This document shows positions 15,072-27,879 of a stretch of 64,000 nt of DNA, piece after piece. The notes beneath the pieces were generated by a model. The model did no database searches and was not told the origin of the DNA. It was given only the letters and a program-made list of their open reading frames with translations. The stretch is taken from the NCBI RefSeq assembly GCF_009914755.1, contig NC_060926.1, one strand, 5' to 3'. The position numbers were made by a program, and so were the translations under genes. The number at the start of each line of letters is the position of its first letter. The stretch's first letter is position 1. The DNA comes from the human T2T-CHM13v2.0 reference genome, Homo sapiens.

Positions 15072-15538
15072 CGAGATAGGAGGCAGGACCGGACTCCACA
15101 GGCGTGGCTTGGGTACCAGCCTAAATTGAGTACTAGCTAAAATAGGTCCTGGGCAGAAGCATCTCCCGGTAAGACATGCCCATCAGTGTTCCATGTCAGC
15201 TTACCATTGCCATGGCAACACTATGAAGTTACTGTCCCTTTTCATGGCAATGACTAGACAGCCTGGAAGTTAACACCCCTTTTTCTGCATAAACCACCCC
15301 TAATTTGCATATAATTAGAAGTGTGTGTAAATATGACTGCTGGACTGCTACTCTGGGCACACTGCCTATGGGGTAGCCCCTGATCCGCAAGGAGTGGTAC
15401 CTCTGCTGCTGCTGTACACTGCCACTTCAGTAAAGTTGCTACTTAACACCACCAGTTAGCCTTTGAATTCTTTCCTGGGCAAAGTCAAGAACCCTCTTGA
15501 GCTATGCCCCAGTCTTGGGGCTTGCCTGTCCTGCATCA
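15072..15538 (+). mobile_element. Solo ERV1 (MER4-group) LTR, MER66-like
   Basis: Starts cgagataggaggcagg (TG>CG), ends cttgcctgtcctgcatca; 4-bp TSD gagc at 15068-15071 and 15539-15542. Confidence 0.8.
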
Positions 15539-16899
15539 GAGCTCTAAGGTAAAGAACTATATGGGCTGGGGATATACATTTTGGATTCCAGGAATATAGC
15601 TGAAAAAATCTATAATTACCATTTTGATTTAAAAGAAAGACTGAGAATAGAACCCATTGGAATCTTAATTATTCTAATACTTATGGTATAAAGGCAGAAA
15701 AGGAAATCCTGAAAATATGTTGCAAGTGAGTGACCAGAGGTGTGAGAAGAAAACATGCAAGACAATGGAATAGGAGCAGTCTGGGAAGGAGCACATCTCA
15801 GGAAAGCAATGCATGGCCCCCTTTGTCATATTTCTGAGCTCTGCCAAGGATGATGAGAACTGAAGAGATTGCTTGACTTTGACAAATTTGAAACTGATGA
15901 CTAACTGAGATATATCAATTAAGTGGTGGGAGTTTCCTAGACTTTTAAGAGAAAGTTACCATGGCAATGAGGGTAATACAAGTGAGTGAAGCATTTTAAG
16001 AAGATGTGGTAAATTTGAACATGTTTATCTGATGCAGAAAATAAAACAATGAAATAAAAAATATAGTAAATTAGGGATTATTTCAAAAGGAAATTTTCCT
16101 TAAGAGGTAGGAGGAGATGGGGCTGAGGACAGAGGTAGGTGTACAATTTTCAGAAGTAGAGGTAGGGAAGCTCTTTTCCCCATTAAGCAGATAATATATG
16201 TATCTGTTTTAAAGAAACTGAGTCACTAAGTAGGAAATTGATAGAGCTCAAGCTGACATTTTCTGTCTTAAAAAGAATAGAGTCTTTATCCTAACAGAAT
16301 GAGTTTAAGACTAGGATTATAGGTTTGAAATGCAACTTTGAGGTCACTGTTAATGTAAAAAGGGAATTATATGATAAAAGGCCACAATTGTCTTTCTTCA
16401 CACATGATAGACATCATTATTCAATCACAGCAATTTTTCCAGCTGAGCCCAACTGTACTTTCACAACCCTCCCCCATATACAGTACATTCAGGTAGCCGC
16501 TACCAATCAACCGAAATTGTTCCAAGAGTAGAGGTCTCTATATCAGTGACAGGATTACAAATTCAATTTTAAGGTCACTGCACAGATGGTATACACTATA
16601 ATTTTAGTGATTCCAGTCAGCAAAGTTATGATCTTGTGAGTTAGTTTAGCAACATTTACCAGTTCAGGCACAGTGGAAATGGAAAAGTGTTCAGGCATTT
16701 TCAGAAAAGTGGGGCAGAAGGACAGAAGGGTGAGGGTATATGCAGTACTGGCAAAAGGTAAATGGAGGTGAAGGCCATGAAGTCTAGGCTGGCTAAAAAA
16801 GGAAGAGAAGTTTGAGGGACAGTAAGAGACTTCAAGAAGAGAGGAAATCAAAGCAGTCTAGGGATCATAGTCTCACAGTATGTATAATGAGAAAAACAA

Positions 16900-17430
16900 G
16901 AGCTCAAAAAATGAGAGATTGACCACAGTTGCTTCTCTTTGTTCAACCTAATATAAAAACACTGGGCCAGGCGCAGTGGCTGATGTCTGTAATCCCAGCA
17001 CTTTGGGAGACTGAGGCAGGTGGATAATAAGGTCAAGAGATCGAGAACATCCTGGCCAACATGGTGAAACCCCATCTCTACTAAAAATACAAAAATTAGC
17101 TGGGTGTGGTGGTGGGCACCTGTAGTCCCAGCTACTTGGGAGGCTGAGGCAGGAGAATCACTTGAACCCAGGAGGCAGAGGTTGCAGTGAGCCGAGACTG
17201 CCACCGCACTCCAGCCTGGTGACAGAGCGAGACTCCAACTCCAAAAAAAAAAAAAAAAAAAAAAAATTTGGGTCTTTACTTCTTCAGGTATTCATTTTCT
17301 TATGAGGGATCTTGTGTCACATAAAATTTACATTAAATCATTATGCTTTACTCCTATTAATTTATTTTATGTCAAATTCTCAGGCCCAGCCTGGGAGCCC
17401 TAAGAGGGTAAAGGTAGTTTTACCTCCGCT
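16900..17430 (+). mobile_element. ERV1 LTR fragment (MER34/MER39-like), interrupted by an Alu
   Basis: 3' part tgctttactcctattaatttattttatgtcaaattctcaggcccagc...agagggtaaaggtagttttacctcc resembles MER39/MER34 ends. Confidence 0.45.
16965..17266 (+). mobile_element. AluSc-like SINE
   Basis: ggtcaagagatcgagaacatcctggccaac, cctggtgacag, long A-tail. Confidence 0.9.
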
Positions 17431-17660
17431 GAAATAACAAACATATGACAGTGGACAGTGGAAATGGCTGGATAATCCTGGTGGGTGAAATCATAGAAGG
17501 TGCAGATGTCAAGGAACAGTTTGTTAGATGTTCCCAGAATAAATGCTGGATTTGCAGTGTGAACCAAGATGATGACATACTATAGTTCTTGATGAATATG
17601 GGCAAAGTGTCAGAAAAATAGTAGGCAATTACGTGGGCTGGGATAAAGGAGGGGATTAAT

Positions 17661-17793
17661 GTTTTGTTTTTTGGAGAGATGGGGGTCTCACTATATTGCA
17701 CAGTCTGGTCTTGAAGTCCTGGCCTCAAGTGATATTCCTGCCTTGGGCTCCTAAAAATTTTTGGGACCACAGACATGAGCCACTATGTCCAGC
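17661..17793 (-). mobile_element. Alu left monomer (FLAM-like)
   Basis: T-rich tail plus a single arm ending gagccactatgtccagc. Confidence 0.8.
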
Positions 17794-17929
17794 AGGGATT
17801 TTAACCAAAGATTTAAATGAAGCAGCGTAGAAGTGACAGTGGCATCTAGAAGAATAATTGCTTCCCTTCTTATCTATTGATCTAGACTAAGAAATTAATC
17901 CTACATCACTGCAAGGAGCATGTACAACA

Positions 17930-18140
17930 ATATGGAGAACACACGTTCACACACACACACGGGTGCATACATGAGCATGTATGCATGCACATATGTACAC
18001 ATAAACAGTGTGAATAGTATAAAAGATTTCCCAAACAATATTTACTATTAAAAATTGTGATATACTGTGATAATGTATGTTTTAGTCTATCCTATTTTAT
18101 TGTGTTCTATTGCATTACATAAATGCTGGTAGAAACACGC
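17930..18140 (+). mobile_element. MER103C-like hAT-Charlie fragment
   Basis: (CA)-rich stretch then aaagatttcccaaacaatatttact...ctattttattgtgttctatt...aaatgctggt, similar to the copy at 45349. Confidence 0.5.
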
Positions 18141-19996
18141 CCCTTATAGTATTTTTTATTTTTGTGCATATATTTATGGGGTACATGAGATGTTTTGATA
18201 CAAGGATGCAATGTGTAATAATCACATCATGGAGAATGGGGTAGCCATCCCCACAAGCATTTATCCTTTGTGTTACAAACAATCCAATTATACTCTACTC
18301 TTTTAGTTGTTTTACAATGCAGAACTAAATTATTATTGACTATGGTCACCCTATTGTGCTATGAAATAGTAGGTCTTATACATCTTTTTATTTATTCTTT
18401 TGTACCCATTAACCATCCCCACTTCTCCCCCAACCCCATTATCCTTCCCAGCCTCTGGTAATCATCCTTCTACTATCTATTTCCATGAGTTCAATTGTTT
18501 TGATTTTTAGACCCACAAATAAGTAAGGACATGCTATGTTTGTTTTTCTGTCCCTGGCTTATTTCACTTCAAATCACAGTCTCCAGTTCTATCCATTTAG
18601 GTATTTAATTTTATTTGTGGCTATTGTAAGTGAGATTACATTTTCATTTCTTTTTCAGATTGTTCATTGTTGGCATATAGAAATACTACTCATTTTTGTG
18701 TGTGGATTTTGTATCCTGTGACTTTACGGAATTGGTTTATCAGTTATAATAGTTTTTTTTTTTTTTGTAGAGTCTTTAGACTTTTTCAAATATGTCATGT
18801 CATCTGCAAACAAGAATAATTTGACTTCTTCCTTTCCAGTTTGGATATTATTTACTTCTTTCTCTTGTCTGATTGCTATAGCTAGGACTTTCAGTACTAT
18901 GTTGAATAATGGGTGAAAGTGGGCATCATTGTCATGCTCCAGATTTTAGAGGAAAGCCTTTCAATTTTCCCACATTTGGTATGATACTGGGTATGAGTCT
19001 CTCATATATGGTTTTTATCATGTTGAGGTATGTTCCTTCTACACCGTTTTTTTGAGAATTTTTTTATTATAAATGAATGTTGAATTTTATGAAATGCTTT
19101 TTCAACATTAATTGAAATGATCATATGGTTTTTGTCTATCATTCTGTTGATATGATGTATCTTATTTATTAATATGTTTATGTTGAACCATCCTTGCATC
19201 TCAGGGACAAATCCTGCTTGGTCATGATAAATGATCTTTCTAATTTAGTATTGAATTCAGTTTGCTAGTGTTTTGTTAAGGATTTTTGCATCAATATTCG
19301 TTAAATGTATTGACCTGTAGCTTTCTTTTTTTGATGTGTCTTTGTCTGGGTTTGGTATCAGAGTAATACTGGTCTTGTAAAATGAATTTGGAAGTATTCC
19401 GTCTTCTATTCTTTGGAATAGTTTAAATAGGATTGGTAGTAGTTTTTCTTTAAATGTTTGGTGGAATTCAGTAGGGAAGCCATTGGGTCTCAGGCTTTTC
19501 TTTGCTGGGAGACTTTTTATTATAGCTTAGATCTTGTTACTTGTTACTGATCTGTTTAGGTTTTGGATTTGTTCATGGTTCAATCTTGGTAGGTTGTATT
19601 CATATAGGATTTTTTCTCATTTCTTTTAGATTTTCTAATTTTTTGGAATGTAGTTGCTCAGAGTAACCACTAATAATCCTTTGCATTTCTGTGCTATCAG
19701 TTGTAATATATCCTTTTTTTTTCTCTCTGATTTATTTCTTTGGGTCTGGTCCCTTTTTTTTTTTTGTGGTCTAACTTAAGGGTTGTCAATTTTGTTTATC
19801 TTTTCAAAAAACCAACTTTTTGTTCTTTTGGTCTTTTGTATTGTTTTTTCATTTCAATTTTATTTATTTCTGCTATTATCTTTATTATTTCTTTTCATAT
19901 GGTAATTTGGGATTTGGTTTGCTGTTGCTCTTCTAGTTCTTTAAAATGCATCATTGGATTGTTTAATTGAGTTTCTCCTCCTTTTCGATGTGGGCA

Positions 19997-20332
19997 GGTA
20001 TTAGTCTGTTCTCATGCTACTAATAAAGACATACCCAAGACATACCCAAGGTTTAATTGACTCATGATCCCAACTGGCTGGGGAGGCCTCACAACCATGG
20101 TGGAAGGCAAATGAGGAGCAAAGTTATGTCTTATATGGCAGCAGACATGAGTGCATGTGCAGGGGAAATCATCAGATATCATGAGACTTATTCACTATCA
20201 CAAGAACAGCATGGGAAAGACCCATCCCCATGATTCGATTACCTCTCACTGGGTCCCTCCTGTGACACACAGGAATTACAGGATCTATAATTCAAGATGA
20301 GATTTGGGTTGGGGACACGGCCAAACCATGTA
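19997..20332 (-). mobile_element. THE1 (MaLR) solo LTR, THE1B-like
   Basis: gtattagtctgttctcatgct...ggggacacggccaaaccat; 5-bp TSD gggca at 19992-19996 and 20333-20337. Confidence 0.9.
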
Positions 20333-21243
20333 GGGCATTTATAGCTATGTACTTCCCTCTTAGTGCTGCTTTTCCTATATCCCATAGGCTTTGATAGGTT
20401 GCATAAACAAACAGATAAGAAGAAAAGTGATAAAAACTGTATGCTTTAATTTCATCCCCTCACTTTTTTACTTTCTGTTTGTTTCTATTTATATCTTTTT
20501 GTATTGACTATGCCTTGAAAAGCCGATGTAGTTATTATTTTTGATTGGTTCATCATTTAGTCTTTCTACTTAGAATAAGAGTAATTTACACACCATAGTT
20601 ACAGGGTTATCATATTCTGTGTTCTTCTGCATTCTTACTATTACTGGTGAGTCTTGTTCCTTCAGGTGATTACTTATTGGTTATTGGTAACATCCTTTTC
20701 TTTCTGATTGAAGCACAGCCTTTGGAATTTCTTGCAGGACAGGCATGATGTGGATGAAATCCCTCAGTTTTTGTTTGTCTGCAAAAATCTTTATTTCTTT
20801 GTCATGTTTGAAGGATACTTTTGCCAGATATACTATTCTAGGGTAACTTTTTTTTCCTTTATTTCTTGAAATATATGTAGTTCCACTCTCTTCTGGCTGG
20901 TAAGGTTTCCACTGAAAAGTCTGCTGCAAGAGGTGTTGGAACTCCATTATATGTTATTTGTTTCTCTTCTCTTGCTGCTGTTAGGATCCTTTGTTTACCT
21001 TTGATAATTGGAAGTTTGATTATTAAATTCCTCCAGGTAGTCTTTTTTGGGTTAAATCTGCTTGATATTCTACAACTTTCTTGTACTTGAATATTGGTAT
21101 CTTTGTCCAGGATTAGGAAGTTATCTATTATCACTTTGAATAAACTTTCTACTTGTATACTTCTCTCACTGCCACCTCTTTAAGGCCAATAAATTTTATA
21201 TTTTCTAGATTTTGTAGGCATACTTTTTTCTTTAATTCTTTTT

Positions 21244-21541
21244 TTTTTTTTTTTTTTTTTGAGATGGAGTGTCGCCCTATTGCCCAGGCTGGAGTGCAGT
21301 GGTGTGATCTCAGCTCACTGCAAGCTCCGCCTTCTGGGTTCACGCCATTCTCTTGCCTCAGCCTCCCGAGCAGCTGGAACCTACAGCACCCACCACCACT
21401 CCTGGCTAATTTTTTGTATTTTTAGTAGAGACAGGGTTTCACTGTATTAGCCAGGATGGTCTCGATATCCTGACCTTGTGATCCACCCGCCTCGGCCTCC
21501 CAAAGTGCTGGGATTACAGGCGTGAGCCACGGCACCCGGCC
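21244..21541 (-). mobile_element. AluY
   Basis: caagctccgcc and cacgccattc; TSD ttttctttaattcttttt on both sides. Confidence 0.93.
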
Positions 21542-22736
21542 TTTTCTTTAATTCTTTTTGGTTTTGTTTCCTCTTACTGTGTGTTTTCAAATAGGTTGTC
21601 TTCAAGCTCACTAGTTCTGTCTTTTGCTTCATCAATTATGCTATTAAAAGACTGATGCATTCTTTAGTATGTCAATTACATTTTTAGCTCCAAAATTTCT
21701 GCTTGATTTTTTAAAAATTATCTCTATCTTTAATTATCTTGATCTCATTGTTAAATTTATTGGATAGAATTCTTAATTCATTCTCTATGTTATCTTGAAT
21801 TTCTTTGAGCTTCCTTAACACAGCTATTGTGAATTCCGATTCACAACACAAAAACAGATATGTGTCTGAAAGGTCACATATCTGTTTTTCCCCAGAATGG
21901 GTCACTGGTGCCTTATTTAGTTTATTTGGTGAGGTCACGTTTTCCTGGATTTTCTTTATACTTGTAGATGTTTATCTGTGTCTGGGCATTGAAGAGTTAG
22001 GGATTTATTTTAGTCTTTGCAGTCTGGGCTTATTTGTACCTGTCTTTCTGGGAAGGCTTTTCAGATATTCTAAAGGACTTGTGTGTTGTGATCTAAGCTG
22101 TAACTGCATTAGGGTGGCAGCCCAATCCCAGTAGCACTGTGGTTCCTGCAGATTCATAGAGGTACTGCGTTGATAATCTTGGTGAAGATCCAGGAGAATT
22201 CTCTGGATTACCAGCAGAGACTCTTGTTCTCTTCTGTACTTTCTTTCAAACAACTGGAGTCTCTTTTTCTGTTCTGAGACATCTGAAGCTTGGGATGTAG
22301 TGACATAAGCACCCCTGGCAATCTATTGGATAGTGCAGTGTACTACTTTGCCGTAAAAGTAAGACAGTTAGGCCATTTCCCAAAACTGTGTTACCATATT
22401 GGTGTGTATGTGTGTGTTTGTGCGCTGACAAAAGTGCTGTCGCCATTGAATATTGTCAAACTGTCAGCTGTTAGAAAGATCCATAGAAAAACACTCACTC
22501 TTTGGTGTTCCTTTTTTCTCACAGAATGATACAAGGTGAGGGTCAGGTGGCATACAGATCAGGTGGAGGGAATCATCTCACTGCAGAGGAATCCTGGACA
22601 AAATGTTCTGCCATTTTATGGCTCCATGGAGCTGGGGGAAAGATAGACGGAAGGGTTAGGAGTAGAAAAGTAACGAGTCAAAGTGGGAAAAAGTGCCCCA
22701 GCCACGGGCTCCCAATAATGACATCTTGGTGGAGGC

Positions 22737-23010
22737 AACCCTCCTAGCTTAAATCAGAAACAATTAGATACCCTGAACAGACCAATTACCAGTAGCAAGA
22801 TTGAAACAGTAATTTAAAAATTACCAACAACAGCAAAAAATCCCAGGACCAGATGGATTCACAGCAGAATTCTACCAGATGTTTAAATAATTGGTATCAA
22901 TCCTTTTGACCCTATTCCGCAAGATAGAGAAAGAAGGAACCCTCCCTGAATCATTCAATGAAGCCAGCATCACCCTAATACCAAAACCAAGAAAGGACAC
23001 AACCCAAAAA
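22737..23010 (+). mobile_element. Isolated internal L1 ORF2 fragment (L1PB/old L1PA-like) within L2-like DNA
   Basis: ccaggaccagatggattcacagcagaattctaccag...; encodes [23 protein letters not shown]; no 3' UTR or poly(A). Confidence 0.85.
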
Positions 23011-23869
23011 GGACTTGGGATTTTTATTGCTATTGTTATGGATAGCCATTGGAAGATCCTAAAGGTGAGGATCGACAAAAATCAGACTTACTTTTTAACA
23101 GACGGTCCCCTTAGCTTCTGTAGGAGAAAGGAACCTAAGAGAACGTCTAGGTGACCTCTTAACAAGTTACTGTACGATTCTAGGTAAGATATAAAAAGAC
23201 CAATGTGTTAGCAGTGGAGATGAAGAGAAATAAACACATTTAAGCTATGCTTTGAAGGCATAATTTATAAACATATTGAGATATTGTATGTGACATGTGA
23301 AGAAACATCAGAAAGACTCAAGCTTTTGCCTTAAACTGCTAGATGCATGGTATGTATACCAGACTGTAGCAGGTTTGTGTGTGCATGTGTGTGTTTCTGT
23401 GTAGTGGGGAAAATGACTGGTTCTTTCGTGAGCTTTGTTAAGACTCATGATAACATTGAGATGCCTGTTATATATCAAAGTGGAAAGGGAAAATTGACTA
23501 TCACATCTATGTCTTTGGTGTTCAAAGAAGCACTTTGGGATAGAGATATAAATTTGTGAGTTTTTAACAGATGAAAATTAAGGCAAAATTAAACCATAAT
23601 CAACCCAAGGGAGTAAAACTTAGGCTGCATTAAGAATGTCTGCATTATTAAGTGATAGTAGATAACAATATGAAAACAATATTGTGGGCCAATAATTGAT
23701 AGTATTACACATTATTTATCATATATAAAAACAAAAGTAAGCAATTCCAGATATATACATACTCCAAAAGTATACCTACCACCCCTACTTTTAAAAGAAA
23801 GCACTTAAAGTCATGCTTACAAGCTGTTGAGAATAAATCGAAAATTAGTATTCAGTAATAACTTGTGGG

Positions 23870-24300
23870 TTTATATTCCTTTACCAGAAATGTGTTATAA
23901 AAAATCTGAAATATGGATGCAAATTTATGCACAAAGATGTTCATTGTAAAATTTTTGTAAATAATGAAAATTACAATAAATGTTAGGAAAATGTCCATAT
24001 GGTGGAATACTAGGAAACCATTGAAAATGATGTTTATGAATAATTTAAATTACACAGGAAAATAATTATGAAACACAGTTAAATAAAAAAGCAGGATATC
24101 AAATTATAGGTGCAATATCATTTCTACCAATACGTGCAGAAAAAACATACTGGAAGAAAAAAAAGGAATGTTATTGGTGTTTGCCTCTGGGAGGTAGAAT
24201 TACTGTTTTTCAGTTTCATTGTTAGTTTTTTGCTCTGTAAGATTTCTGTATCAGTATTACTTCTATGAATAGAAAGCTATATTAGAAAGTTTTAAAACTT
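23870..24300 (+). mobile_element. L1ME-like 3' end relic
   Basis: gcacaaagatgttcattg...tccatatggtggaatactaggaaaccattgaaaatgatg. Confidence 0.55.
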
Positions 24301-25436
24301 GAAAAGGCAGTGAAGAGTTTATAGAAACACGTAATAATATGATAGAAGGCTAAGTATAAATGCAGAATATAAGTATAATACATATTCCCACCAAAATGTA
24401 CAAAAATAAGTGAATACGTGTGCGTGAACAAGCTTAAAGGGACGCTCACCAAAAAAATAAAATGATGTAATCTGCATTAATAGGAGTTAGAGAATACTGT
24501 GAATTTCATGTTACTTGTGAATAGGAAAACAAACACTGAACTTCAACAGTTCCTATTGAAATTCCCTTTAGTATTGCCATCTTATGAATGCAGAAATTAG
24601 TGGAAAGAAGGGAAACTCTAAATAGGTCATAGGCAGTGAAGAGAAAAGAGGAAAGAAGAACAAAGTCCAAAAAAAAAACAATCAATCTGAGAAAGAGAAA
24701 TTCAAGCCTAAGTGCCAAAATGCTGAATAATGATCAGGGACTTAGCACTTCATAGCACTGGCTAGAGCAGGAGGCCTAAATTAGAGGGGTACTAGAGGTA
24801 GTAGCTCCAGAATCACCACTACTAGTTGAGGAGAGAGAGAGCGGTGCCCCTTAGAGATATGATAATGATGGAAAAGAGAGAGTGAGAAGAGAAAACTAAA
24901 GGTCCTAAAGAAACACTTACAAGATAAGCCAATTTACCCTTCTCTCCCATCACCAATGCCAACTATTAATGAAACTACATGTCACTTATATTGACAGTAG
25001 AGCGCACTCTTGAGAAAGAAGCCTTGTCCACAAAATGCCTAGATATAGAAAAATCAGAGCAATATCATACCAAACTATAGAAAAAAGAAAAAAATGAAAG
25101 CATTTCAGTTGTTAAAAATTTTCCTTAATATCCAGTATAAAAGAGAACAAAACTATCATAAAACAATCTCAAATTAATCTTACACAAACACTCATATGTA
25201 TTTGTAAAAAGCACTGAAATTCAAAAATTACCACAAATATATAAATAGTAAATACAAGAGTTGAATTTCAGTGAGAGTTGAACAGAGCTCAGGAAAGAAA
25301 CTTTAAATAAAAAAGTAAAGAAATAAAATAACATAAAAACAGAATTGAAGGATATAATTCAAGATGCCCAAGGGAGAGTAAAATTGAATGAAATTTTAAT
25401 AAGAGGCATTGAAAGGAAGAAAGAAACCGTGAATAT

Positions 25437-25960
25437 TCCAGCAATTTCATTACTCGGTATATACTCAAAGGAGTATAAATCATTCTGTTATAAAGACACA
25501 TGCACATGTGTGTTCACTGCAGCATTATTCACGATAGCAAAGGCATGGAATCAAACTAAATGCCCATCAGTGATAGACTGGATAAAGAAAATGTGGTAAA
25601 TATACACCATGGAATACTATGCAGCCGCAAAAAATGAGATCATATCCTTTGCAGGGGCATGGATGGAGCTGGAGGCCATTATCCTCAGCAAACTAACACA
25701 GAAACAGGAAGCCAAATACTGTGTGTTTTCATTTCTAAGTGGGAGCTAAATGATAAGAACACATGGACACATAGAGGAACACACATGCACTGAGGACTTT
25801 TGGAGAGTGGAGGTTGTGAGGAGGGAGAAGATCAGGAAAAATAACTAACGGGTACTAAGCTTAATAACTGGATGATGAAATAATCTAACAACAAACTCCC
25901 ATGACACAAGTTTACCTATGTAGCAAACCTGCACTTGTACTTCTGAACTTGAGTTTAAAT
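25437..25960 (+). mobile_element. 5'-truncated old L1PA (L1PA13-16-like) 3' end
   Basis: Encodes PAISLLGIYSKEYKSFCYKDTCTC...KKMW, then 3' UTR; degenerate TSD aaagaaaccgtgaatat (25420-25436) and aaagtaaccatgaatat (25961-25977). Confidence 0.88.
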
Positions 25961-26102
25961 AAAGTAACCATGAATATAAACATGACCAAAAAAAAAAAAA
26001 AAAGTGGAAAAGTAATAATGGCTGGAGAAAAAGTGGTTGAAATGAAGGACATGCAAAGGAGTTCTACATATATGCAACTGGGATCTCTTAAGAAGAATAA
26101 TA

Positions 26103-26428
<326 letters not shown>

Positions 26429-26719
26429 TTATTTTTAAAATCCATAAGTAATTTTCTAGTAAAAATAAAATCCTTACGTCAATATATTGAAAGAACCTAT
26501 TATACACCTGAAAAACTGAGCCAGGGCAATCACCCTGAAACGTACCACGGTAAAATTTTAGACTTTAAGGTCAAATGAAAAATTCTCAGGGCTTACAGTC
26601 AAAATGACCAAGTTATTTATAAGAGTAAGAAAGTAATACAGGCACCAGATATTTCAACAGCACATCAGCCATAGAAAGGCAAGAGGAGAGAAAGATTTTC
26701 AAGAAACTCAGAAAAAATA

Positions 26720-26803
26720 AACAACAAACTCTGATGGCACATGCTACCCATGTAACAAACTTGCACATCCTGCACATGTACCCCAAACTTAAAGTTAAAA
26801 AAA
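26720..26803 (+). mobile_element. Very short L1PA 3'-terminal fragment
   Basis: catgtaacaaacttgcacatcctgcacatgtaccccaaacttaaagttaaaaaaa. Confidence 0.75.
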
Positions 26804-27551
26804 GAGAATCATTCATTAAATTTAGCATCTCAGGAGATAATCAAATTTGATCAGGGCAGGATATTTACGTGGTATATAAATTATATGTTGATTCTAAAAG
26901 TAAAATCACTTTAATATGTACAAACTATATCATGCAGAATCTGGATAATCCCCTAACCATGTAATTAAAATCAACATTACCAGTAAAGTAAAAATGAAGT
27001 AAATTGTGTGCCACAGAATGTAATACTTTAAGGATATGGTATGTCTTATGTCATATTCCGGGCAAAAATACATAACCTGATTGTAATTTTGTAAATTAAA
27101 AAGTAATTTACAAGTAAATTAAAAGAAGTGCAAGGTAAAAGTGATCTGTGATGTTGAAGTGAGTAAATTCTCACTCTTTTAATATATGCTCTAAGAATTT
27201 GTAGGAGTTCTGGTTTACTTTAGTTTCTTGGTAACTTCCTGCTTAGTAAACTGAGGCACGTGTGGAATAGAAACAGTTTCCTGCTCCCATATTACCCAAA
27301 CCTGTAATGTAAAAATAGTTTTGAAACTTCACTCAATTGCAATGTTTACACTCATCAGCCAAAGGGGAGACTTTGGTTACCACGCTGTGCCTGTTGGAAA
27401 TCAGTCTGAACAGTGTGATCCCACGACGTCCTGAGAAGCATCTCTCTACTACAAAACAGGCAATCTAAAACAGAAAACACACCAATCTGCTATAAATCTA
27501 CAGATATACTTCATACGTAGTTTGAAATCTCTGCCTTCAATAAGGATAAAA

Positions 27552-27553
<2 letters not shown>

Positions 27554-27618
<65 letters not shown>
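27554..27618. repeat. (TA)n(CA)n compound microsatellite
   Basis: Directly visible. Confidence 0.97.
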
Positions 27619-27622
<4 letters not shown>

Positions 27623-27879
27623 TAAAATGACTCCATAATTTTAAACATTCTAGCAATGTAACATTTGAAACCCAATTTGTGCATTAATTTTTGTTTTTCA
27701 TCATTAGGCATTTATTGAGCCTTTATTGTATGTGTTAGATGCACTGATAGTTTCTGAATATTCTAGCCTTGAATAATTTCTCTTCATTTCTAATTTAGTT
27801 CGATGCCACATGTGTAGCGACTCAAGCAGTTCTTCACCAATAGGACTACTTAAATGTATCTTCCATACAGTGTGTCAAA

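Larger units (their letters stand above)
18150..22300 (-). mobile_element. L1MA2/3-like LINE-1 with large internal deletions, hosting THE1 and AluY
   Basis: Antisense L1MA 3' end (atttatggggtacatgagatgttttgatac), ORF2 RT segment 18600-20400, ORF1 remnants (ORFs 20681-20947, 20859-21134, 21711-21938) and 5' UTR-like sequence to ~22300. Confidence 0.85.

Noticed and set aside
17964-17985. Hairpin tgcatacatg-ag-catgtatgca
   Set aside because: Lies in an alternating purine-pyrimidine low-complexity tract where self-complementarity is expected.
25961-26003. Apparent 3' transduction after the old L1PA (extra sequence then a second A-run)
   Set aside because: The extra sequence begins with the degenerate TSD matching 25420-25436, so it is host flank.
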